Assembly: GCF_000026545.1 (NCBI RefSeq)
Contig: NC_011601.1
Strand: one strand, 5' to 3'
Origin: Escherichia coli O127:H6 str. E2348/69
GTDB lineage: Bacteria > Pseudomonadota > Gammaproteobacteria > Enterobacterales > Enterobacteriaceae
Length of the DNA stretch: 64,000 nucleotides
Shown here in pieces: positions 1 through 6,889 of this stretch. The notes beneath the pieces were generated by a model, which had not been told where the DNA came from, did no database searches, and saw only the letters and a program-made list of their open reading frames with translations. How positions within the stretch are numbered: position 1 is the first letter of the stretch; each line of letters starts with the position of its first letter. The translations under genes were made by a program, and so were the position numbers.

Positions 1-2
1 AT

Positions 3-140
3 CAGTTCGGTGAGCGCGATCAGGTTGCGCCGGGCATTTTCACCGATTACCCGGTACGTGAGCTGCTGGGTATCAGCCAGGCAGATGAGCGCCTGATTTA
101 TAACACGGTGCTGGGCCGGATTGCGGAGGCTGTACGGTGA
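3..140 (+). CDS. tail completion protein (P2 gpS-like), C-terminal fragment; 5' end outside window
   Basis: Open frame running into window start, stop TGA overlapping GTG start of next gene (GTGA), position immediately upstream of gpV homolog. Confidence 0.45.
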   Translation, partial: QFGERDQVAPGIFTDYPVRELLGISQADERLIYNTVLGRIAEAVR

Positions 141-718
141 GCGCAGAACTCATGCGACTGCTGAGCAACATCATTCGCACCGGGATCATCTCTGAAGTTG
201 ATGAGAAGTCCTGGCGCGTGCGCGTTCGCAGCGGCGAACTGGAAACAGGCTGGCTGCGCTGGAACACCACGCGCGCGGGAGCCTTCAATGTGTGGCTGCC
301 GCCATCACCAGGCGAACAGGTGGTAATTGCCTGCATTGGCGGCAACCCGGAAACCGCCATGATAATTGGCAGCCTGTGGAGTGATGCTATTCCGGCCCCC
401 GGCAAAAGCCTGAAAGAAATCGTGGTCAGCGCGCCGGATGGCGCGGTGTTCCGCTACGACGCGGACGCAGGCGCACTGAGCGCCAGCGGCATGAAAACAG
501 CCACCCTGCAGGCATCCGTCAGCGTGACACTGGATACGCCCGTCGTGGAATGCACAGACCTTCTGAGAACGGCGACGCTTGACGTCACAAAAGGGGGAAA
601 GATGAGCGGCAATATCACGCACAGCGGCGGCAATTTCACCTCAAACGGCATCACAGTGCATACGCATAAACACGGTGGCGTTAAAGGTGGCAGCTATTCG
701 ACAGGAGGCCCGCAGTGA
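137..718 (+). CDS. baseplate assembly/spike protein, P2 gpV-like
   Basis: 193 aa ORF, GTG start, position and size match P2 V; followed by W-J-I. Confidence 0.8.
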   Translation: MSAELMRLLSNIIRTGIISEVDEKSWRVRVRSGELETGWLRWNTTRAGAFNVWLPPSPGEQVVIACIGGNPETAMIIGSLWSDAIPAPGKSLKEIVVSAPDGAVFRYDADAGALSASGMKTATLQASVSVTLDTPVVECTDLLRTATLDVTKGGKMSGNITHSGGNFTSNGITVHTHKHGGVKGGSYSTGGPQ

Positions 719-1065
719 CAACCCGCTACACAGGAATGAACCCGGACGGAACGGGAAACCTGAACGATATGGAGCACCTGAAACAGTCAGTCAGGGACAT
801 CCTGACCACCCCGCTGGCAAGCCGGGTTATGCGACGGGAATATGGCAGCCTTGTGCCTGATTTGATTGACGAACCCATGAATAACACCACGCGTCTGCAA
901 TGCATGAGTGCTGCCGTGATTGCGCTGACACGATGGGAACCCCGCATTGCCCTGGACGCTATCGACGTTGTCTGGAAGGCAGGAGGCCGCGCCGGGGTGA
1001 CGCTGTCGGGCACTGTCATGCAGACCATGCAGAATGTTGAATTAACCATCACGCTGAGAGAGTAA
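715..1065 (+). CDS. baseplate protein, P2 gpW-like (GPW/gp25 family)
   Basis: 116 aa ORF overlapping V stop; size and order typical of P2 W. Confidence 0.8.
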   Translation: MTTRYTGMNPDGTGNLNDMEHLKQSVRDILTTPLASRVMRREYGSLVPDLIDEPMNNTTRLQCMSAAVIALTRWEPRIALDAIDVVWKAGGRAGVTLSGTVMQTMQNVELTITLRE

Positions 1066-1068
1066 ATC

Positions 1069-1965
1069 ATGCCTGCTGTTGACCTTTCCCAGTTACCGGA
1101 ACCCGCCATCATCGCGGAGCCTGATTTTGAGGCAATTCTGGCTGACACAAAGGCCATGATGATTGCGTCCTATCCTGCCGAACAGCGTGAAGCCGTCTCC
1201 GCCGCGCTGGAGCTGGAATCGGAACCCCTGAACGTTATCGCTCAAACCATGTCTTTTCGTGAAATGCTGTTACGCCAGCGGGTTAACGAGGGCGCTCGCG
1301 CCTGCATGTTAAGCCACGGTTCAGGGACAAACCTGGACAACCTCGCGGGCAATATGAACACAAAGCGCCTGGTTATCACTCCGGCAACGGATACCACCGA
1401 CGCGGTGATGGAGAGTGACACCTCGCTGAGATTGCGGGCGCAACGGGCGTATGACGGCCTGAGTGTTGCTGGTCCGTCAGGTGCATACGAGTATTTTGCA
1501 CGCAGCGCCAGCGGTCTGGTGCGTGATGCGCGGGCCATCAGCCCGTCTCCGGCCTGTGTGACGGTTTCCATCCTGTCCACTGAAGGCGACGGCACAGCAA
1601 CGGAGGCGTTGCTTAATACCGTTCGCGCCGTTCTGAATGCAGAGGATACCCGCCCGGTGGCCGACCGCCTGACCGTACAGAGCGCCAGAATCGTGACATG
1701 GCGGCTGAATGCAAAACTGTACTTTTACCCCGGCCCGGAATCCGAACCTATTCTGGCCGCGGCTGAATCGTCGTTCAGGAAGTGGCTGGCTGAGCAGGGG
1801 CTTATCGGTCAGGACGTGGCGTTGTCCGCCATTGCTGCCGCACTGCATGTGCACGGTGTGCAACGCGTGGAGATAATCGAACCCACACAGAATATGGCCA
1901 TCAGCGACATACAGGCGGCGCGCTGTGAGTCATTCACCATCAGCGAAGGTGGACGCAATGAGTAA
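1069..1965 (+). CDS. baseplate assembly protein, P2 gpJ-like
   Basis: 298 aa ORF (P2 J about 300 aa), in V-W-J-I-H order. Confidence 0.8.
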   Translation: MPAVDLSQLPEPAIIAEPDFEAILADTKAMMIASYPAEQREAVSAALELESEPLNVIAQTMSFREMLLRQRVNEGARACMLSHGSGTNLDNLAGNMNTKRLVITPATDTTDAVMESDTSLRLRAQRAYDGLSVAGPSGAYEYFARSASGLVRDARAISPSPACVTVSILSTEGDGTATEALLNTVRAVLNAEDTRPVADRLTVQSARIVTWRLNAKLYFYPGPESEPILAAAESSFRKWLAEQGLIGQDVALSAIAAALHVHGVQRVEIIEPTQNMAISDIQAARCESFTISEGGRNE

Positions 1966-2566
1966 TTCGTTGTTACCACCATCAGCCAGCAATTTCATGC
2001 GTTGTGCCGAAGCCGTCGGAACACGCATTACAGACATTCCGGTAGACCTCAACACGCTGTGGTCGCCGGACACCTGCCCGGTGCATCTGCTGCCTTATCT
2101 CGCCTGGGCATTTTCCGTTGACCGCTGGGATCGCAACTGGCCGGAAGAGACAAAGCGACAGGTGATTCGTGATGCATGGCTGATACACCGACACAAAGGG
2201 ACCATCAGCGCACTGCGAAGAGCCGTGGAGCCTCTCGGCTACCTGATTGAAGTAAAGGAGTGGTGGCAACTCAACGAGGAACCGGGAACATTTCGCATTG
2301 TTGTCGGAGTACTTGATCAGGGCATCACCGATGAAATGTATCAGGAACTTGAGCGCCTTATTGCGGATGCAAAACCAGTAAGTCGCCATCTGACGGGGCT
2401 GGCGATCAGCCTGAGTGTGAACGGAAAGATTTTCGTTGGTACGGGATGCTATCACGGCGATGCCCTGACGGTTTATCCCTACACCCCGGAGTCCATTATT
2501 GTCGAAGGGGATTATTTCCCTGCCCCAGCCATTCATTTAATTGATAATCTGAGAGTAAACGCATGA
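1958..2566 (+). CDS. tail protein, P2 gpI-like
   Basis: ORF 1925..2566; in-frame ATG at 1958 overlaps J stop; size and position match P2 I. Confidence 0.75.
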   Translation: MSNSLLPPSASNFMRCAEAVGTRITDIPVDLNTLWSPDTCPVHLLPYLAWAFSVDRWDRNWPEETKRQVIRDAWLIHRHKGTISALRRAVEPLGYLIEVKEWWQLNEEPGTFRIVVGVLDQGITDEMYQELERLIADAKPVSRHLTGLAISLSVNGKIFVGTGCYHGDALTVYPYTPESIIVEGDYFPAPAIHLIDNLRVNA

Positions 2567-4128
2567 CAGTGAAATACTACGCCATTCTGACTAATCAGGG
2601 CGCGGCACGACTGGCTAACGCGACGATGCTCGGCAGTAAGCTGAATCTGACGCAAATGGCCGTTGGTGATGCAAATGGTGTGTTACCAACACCAGACCCT
2701 GCACAAACAAAACTGATTAACCAGAAACGCATTGCACCGCTGAATCTTCTGAGTGTTGACCCTAACAATCAGAGCCAGATTATTGCGGAGCAAATCATCC
2801 CTGAAAACGAGGGAGGATTCTGGATCCGTGAGATTGGTCTTTATGATGATGAAGGTGTACTCATTGCGGTGGCAAACTGCCCGGAAACGTACAAACCGCA
2901 GTTGCAGGAAGGCAGTGGACGCACCCAGACTATCCGCATGATTCTGGTTGTCACGAACACCGAAGCCATCACGCTGAAAATCGACCCGTCTGTGGTTCTG
3001 GCAACCCGCAAATATGTGGATGATAAAATCTCAGAGCACGAACAGTCACGACGTCACCCGGACGCCTCGCTGACCGTAAAAGGTTTTACTCAGTTAAGCA
3101 GTGCAATTAACAGTGAATCAGAAACACTGGCCGCAACACCGAAAGCGGTTAAGGCTGCATATGACCTGGCTAACGGGAAATATACCGCCCAGAACGCCAC
3201 CACTACACAAAAAGGAATTGTTCAGCTCAGTAGCGCCACGAACAGCACGTCTGAAACGCTGGCAGCGACACCAAAAGCTGTTAAGGCGGTAATGGATGAA
3301 ACGAACAAGAAAGCACCATTAAACAGCCCGGCACTGACCGGAACGCCAACAACACCAACAGCGCCACAGGGGACTAATAGTACCCAGATCGCAAGCACGG
3401 CTTTCGTTATGGCCGCGATTGCCGCACTTGTAGATTCGTCACCTGATGCACTGAACACGCTGAACGAACTGGCTGCGGCGCTGGGCAATGACCCGAATTT
3501 TGCGACCACCATGACTAACGCGCTTGCGGGTAAGCAACCGAAGGATGCCACCCTGACGGCGCTGGCAGAGCTTGCTACATCAGCAGATAAACTCCCATAT
3601 TTTACAGGGGCAGATCGTGCCGCGTTAACCGCGTTGACAAGTGTTGGACGTGCCATTCTTGGTAAAACCAGCACTCAGGGAGTTCTTGATTACCTTGGTT
3701 TGGGGGAAGGCTCTGCACTGCCCGTTGGTGTGCCCGTTCCGTGGTCCTCAGCAACACCACCAACGGGCTGGCTGAAATGTAACGGTGCAGCATTTTCTTC
3801 TGAAATGTATCCCAGACTGGCAAGGGCTTATCCCACCAATAAATTACCGGATTTACGCGGTGAATTTATCCGTGGCTGGGATGATGGGCGCGGGATTGAT
3901 GCGGGACGTACCCTGCTTTCAGGGCAGGATGGTACAAGTTTTTCTCATTACGGAGGTAATTTCGACATTGGGTCTGGTCATTCAATCAATAACTATGACC
4001 AAATTGTTTCTAACCAACCAGGCTTTTCCCGTTTTTCATTTGCAGGGCCTTCACGAGGTGATGGGGTTAATTATGTAACCATTCGTCCTCGTAATATTAC
4101 GTTTAATTACATCGTAAGGGCAGCATGA
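2563..4128 (+). CDS. tail fiber protein, P2 gpH-like (constant N-terminal part fused to C-terminal cassette A)
   Basis: 521 aa ORF; internal duplicated SETLAATPKAVKA motif typical of tail fibers; C-terminal 140 aa begin with the GLGEGSALPVGVPVPW repeat shared with two other cassettes. Confidence 0.85.
   Translation: MTVKYYAILTNQGAARLANATMLGSKLNLTQMAVGDANGVLPTPDPAQTKLINQKRIAPLNLLSVDPNNQSQIIAEQIIPENEGGFWIREIGLYDDEGVLIAVANCPETYKPQLQEGSGRTQTIRMILVVTNTEAITLKIDPSVVLATRKYVDDKISEHEQSRRHPDASLTVKGFTQLSSAINSESETLAATPKAVKAAYDLANGKYTAQNATTTQKGIVQLSSATNSTSETLAATPKAVKAVMDETNKKAPLNSPALTGTPTTPTAPQGTNSTQIASTAFVMAAIAALVDSSPDALNTLNELAAALGNDPNFATTMTNALAGKQPKDATLTALAELATSADKLPYFTGADRAALTALTSVGRAILGKTSTQGVLDYLGLGEGSALPVGVPVPWSSATPPTGWLKCNGAAFSSEMYPRLARAYPTNKLPDLRGEFIRGWDDGRGIDAGRTLLSGQDGTSFSHYGGNFDIGSGHSINNYDQIVSNQPGFSRFSFAGPSRGDGVNYVTIRPRNITFNYIVRAA
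3685..3710 (+). promoter_or_regulatory. putative invertase crossover site A (hix/gix-like) at start of cassette A
   Basis: Sequence ...ccttggtttgggggaagg... marks start of ~225 bp repeat; weaker dyad than site B. Confidence 0.4.
3695..3920 (+). repeat. repeat copy A (~225 bp, direct) encoding conserved N-terminal 75 aa of tail-fiber C-terminal cassette
   Basis: Near-identical to 4134..4360 (direct) and reverse complement of 5475..5696. Confidence 0.85.
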
Positions 4129-4149
4129 AAACGTTGGTTTGGGGGAAGG
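4124..4149 (+). promoter_or_regulatory. putative invertase crossover site B (hix/gix-like)
   Basis: catGAAAACgtTGGTTTggggg resembles the AAACC..GGTTT dyad of Hin/Gin sites as recalled; sits exactly at repeat boundary. Confidence 0.45.
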
Positions 4150-4360
4150 CTCTGCACTGCCCGTTGGTGTGCCCGTTCCATGGCCCTCAGCCACGCCGCC
4201 AACGGGATGGCTGAAATGTAACGGCGCAGCATTTTCTTCTGAAAAGTACCCAAAACTGGCAAGGGCTTACCCCACCAATAAATTACCAGACTTACGCGGT
4301 GAATTTATCCGTGGCTGGGATGATGGGCGAGGAATTGATGCGGCACGCGCTTTATTGAGC
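4134..4360 (+). repeat. repeat copy B (direct relative to A)
   Basis: Sequence identity with copy A visible by eye over about 225 bp. Confidence 0.85.
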
Positions 4361-4615
4361 ATTCAAAACGGGATGTTGGAAAAACACCGCCATATTGTTG
4401 TAGCTAACGATGGATATGACACAAAGGATGAATGGGAGTTGGCCACGATTTTCAAAAAAACATATACGCAAGGCAGGGGGCTTGATGCCACAAATACAGG
4501 AGGGAGTTTGATTCCATCACCAACGCTTCATTCACGAGGAAGTATTGGTAACACAGGTGGTAGTGAAACCCGCCCCCGCAATATTGCATTTAACTATATC
4601 GTGAGGGCGGCTTAG
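4139..4615 (+). CDS. alternative tail-fiber C-terminal cassette B (promoterless, lacks fiber N-terminus)
   Basis: 158 aa ORF begins MGEGSALPVGVPVPW and ends PRNIAFNYIVRAA, same architecture as C-terminus of gpH. Confidence 0.6.
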   Translation: MGEGSALPVGVPVPWPSATPPTGWLKCNGAAFSSEKYPKLARAYPTNKLPDLRGEFIRGWDDGRGIDAARALLSIQNGMLEKHRHIVVANDGYDTKDEWELATIFKKTYTQGRGLDATNTGGSLIPSPTLHSRGSIGNTGGSETRPRNIAFNYIVRAA

Positions 4616-4621
4616 TTATAT

Positions 4622-5233
4622 TCAACTGGCTGCTGCCAGTGGTATTTCCGGCAAGTTGATATCTGGTGCCATGTTTATATCCATTGCGTTCAGCGCGTCT
4701 ATATAATCCAGCACGGCATTAAGCCGGGTGGTTTCTGCCTGCGTCAACTTCCGCCCGGCCTGCAACTTCAACTGAATCAGACTTATGGAAGCCATTGCCG
4801 CATCAGCCAGTGACTGGCGCTTGGTTTCTGCCGCTTCTACTGCAGCACGATGTTGTGCCTCAGTATCTGTCACCCATTTTTCACCATCCCATTTATCGTA
4901 TGGTGTTAACGGGGCGATAGTGGTTGTATTTTTCGGGTAGTCACCCAGCGCCGTGATTTCTTCGGTGTTTCCCGTGTCAGTGCTATAGACGGTTTCACCA
5001 CGATGGTCTGGCGCATACTCCCATGAGCTTAAATTCTCCGAACGGCGGATAGCATAGCCCGCTTTATGTGCGCCCGGGGCATCTAAACAGGAATTTGCCG
5101 GAATACCGACACCCACAGCAAGATATTCAGTTGATTCGGAAATATATTCCCGTGTCTCACCATCATAGTTATAAACGACGATGTTTCCTGCCTGTACGGC
5201 AATAAGGTCATCATTTAATATCGCGTTATTCAT
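4622..5233 (-). CDS. tail fiber assembly protein (Tfa/gpG-like chaperone)
   Basis: 203 aa ORF immediately downstream of cassette C on minus strand; size and position typical of Tfa. Confidence 0.65.
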   Translation of the reverse strand: MNNAILNDDLIAVQAGNIVVYNYDGETREYISESTEYLAVGVGIPANSCLDAPGAHKAGYAIRRSENLSSWEYAPDHRGETVYSTDTGNTEEITALGDYPKNTTTIAPLTPYDKWDGEKWVTDTEAQHRAAVEAAETKRQSLADAAMASISLIQLKLQAGRKLTQAETTRLNAVLDYIDALNAMDINMAPDINLPEIPLAAAS

Positions 5234-5700
5234 TATGCGGTTCTCACAATATAATTGAAGGCAATATTGCGTGGGTGGGTTTCATTCCCCTCTGAGGATT
5301 CCGTTCTGTATTGACTGGTAAATCTACCGTTAATTGCACCTTGCCGGACGGCGTTATCTGTCGACAACAGACTATCCCCTCCTTTGTCATTTGGCACCAA
5401 CACCGTGTTATCCCACGCATCCCATGACCGAATATTATGATAATGACTTCCTGTTAACCACCCCTGCATGCTTAAGATGCCCCTTCCGGCATCCACCCCG
5501 CGCCCATCATCCCAGCCACGGATAAATTCACCGCGTAAATCCGGTAATTTATTGGTGGGGTAGGCCTTTGCCAGTTTTGGGTACATTTCAGAAGAAAATG
5601 CTGCACCGTTACATTTCAGCCACCCTGCTGGCGGTGTGGCTGAGGGCCACGGAACAGGTACACCAACGGGCAGTGCAGAGCCTTCCCCCAAACCAACGTT
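5233..5700 (-). CDS. alternative tail-fiber C-terminal cassette C (inverted orientation)
   Basis: Minus-strand frame encodes GLGEGSALPVGVPVPW...PRNIAFNYIVRTA; the annotated Met upstream is probably not a real start. Confidence 0.6.
   Translation of the reverse strand, partial: NVGLGEGSALPVGVPVPWPSATPPAGWLKCNGAAFSSEMYPKLAKAYPTNKLPDLRGEFIRGWDDGRGVDAGRGILSMQGWLTGSHYHNIRSWDAWDNTVLVPNDKGGDSLLSTDNAVRQGAINGRFTSQYRTESSEGNETHPRNIAFNYIVRTA
5475..5696 (-). repeat. repeat copy C (inverted relative to A and B)
   Basis: Reverse complement of copies A/B. Confidence 0.85.
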
Positions 5701-5706
5701 TTCGTT
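5681..5706 (-). promoter_or_regulatory. putative invertase crossover site C (hix/gix-like), inverted, about 60 bp upstream of invertase gene
   Basis: Reverse complement reads cgAAAACgtTGGTTTgggggaagg; position next to invertase as gixR is to gin in Mu. Confidence 0.45.
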
Positions 5707-5762
5707 TTTATCCCTACCTATACCAACTCTGTATTTTTCACGAAACAAAGAGGATGTTTTTT

Positions 5763-6362
5763 ATGCAAATTGGCTATATTCGTGTGTCAACAAATGACCA
5801 GAACACGGATTTACAACGCAATGCACTGAACTGCGCAGGATGTGAACTGATTTTTGAAGATAAAATCAGCGGAACGAAATCAGCCAGACCGGGATTGAAA
5901 AAACTGCTCAGAACGCTATCAGAAGGAGATACGCTGGTTGTCTGGAAGCTGGACAGACTGGGCAGAAGTATGAAACACCTGATCACGCTTATTGAGGAAT
6001 TGCGGGAAAAAGGTGTTAATTTCCGTAGTCTGACGGACAGCATTGACACATCAACACCCATGGGGCGTTTCTTTTTTCACGTCATGGGGGCTTTAGCCGA
6101 AATGGAACGTGAATTAATTGTAGAGCGTACACTGGCCGGGCTGGCAGCAGCACGCGCACAAGGACGCATTGGCGGACGTCGCCCGAAGTTGACAAAAGAA
6201 CAACACGAGCAAATAGCGAGGCTGATTAAAAACGGTCATGACAGGAAACAACTGGCGATCATTTACGACATCGGCATATCGACGATTTATCGTTATCACC
6301 CTGTAGGCGATATACAGGCTGAAGAAACAACCAGGCAGACTCAGGAAAATAAAAACCGCTAA
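5763..6362 (+). CDS. serine DNA invertase, Gin/Pin/Cin/Hin family
   Basis: N-terminus MQIGYIRVSTNDQNTDLQRNAL and internal VVWKLDRLGRSMKHLI, SLTDSIDTSTPMGRFFFHVMGALAEMERELI match Gin/Hin as recalled; C-terminal HTH region. Confidence 0.9.
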   Translation: MQIGYIRVSTNDQNTDLQRNALNCAGCELIFEDKISGTKSARPGLKKLLRTLSEGDTLVVWKLDRLGRSMKHLITLIEELREKGVNFRSLTDSIDTSTPMGRFFFHVMGALAEMERELIVERTLAGLAAARAQGRIGGRRPKLTKEQHEQIARLIKNGHDRKQLAIIYDIGISTIYRYHPVGDIQAEETTRQTQENKNR

Positions 6363-6384
6363 TCTGACCATTAGCGGTTTTGCG
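6349..6384. terminator. bidirectional hairpin between convergent invertase and gpU genes
   Basis: Inverted repeat accgctaat/attagcggt flanked by A-run on one side and T-rich on other. Confidence 0.45.
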
Positions 6385-6388
6385 TTAA

Positions 6389-6883
6389 TCAAAACAGCCC
6401 TTTAACGGAGCTGGCCGCGCTGTTAAGGGATGATGTGACCTTATCTTTGAAGCCGGACAGCATATCACTGAACGATGAGGATTGCAGGCGCTCCCGCAAA
6501 TCCTCATCACAGCGTTCAAGAGTCAGTGAAAATTCTATCTTTTTCGCCTTACCGTAGCGATCAAACTCGGAACGGGTCGTATTCGTTTCAGTCAGTACAT
6601 ACATGCCGTAAATCTGCCCGACACCATCAATCAGAGGCCAGGGGCGTCCTGTATATGCCTGCGTGGTCAGCAACGAAAGCGACACTTCGCCACCTGTAAT
6701 TTCAGGATAAAGCACGCCGGAAAGCACGATGCGATCATCACCTGCGCCGATATACTGCCAGCTTGCTGAACGGTTAACGCGTTCATTTTTCACATGCCGC
6801 CAGCTTTTGTTTTGCTGTAACTGCTGATGCGGCAATGTGCGCAGCTCAAAAACAAACATGCCGTAGATCATCATCATGGCCAT
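6389..6883 (-). CDS. tail protein, P2 gpU-like
   Basis: 164 aa ORF directly downstream of tape measure gene; size and order match P2 U. Confidence 0.75.
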   Translation of the reverse strand: MAMMMIYGMFVFELRTLPHQQLQQNKSWRHVKNERVNRSASWQYIGAGDDRIVLSGVLYPEITGGEVSLSLLTTQAYTGRPWPLIDGVGQIYGMYVLTETNTTRSEFDRYGKAKKIEFSLTLERCDEDLRERLQSSSFSDMLSGFKDKVTSSLNSAASSVKGLF

Positions 6884-6889
6884 GACTCC

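Noticed and set aside
4139-4615. Cassette B as an independent, separately expressed gene
   Set aside because: It starts with the shared repeat and lacks any fibre N-terminal domain; far better explained as a silent alternative C-terminal cassette. Retained as a cassette feature rather than a stand-alone gene.
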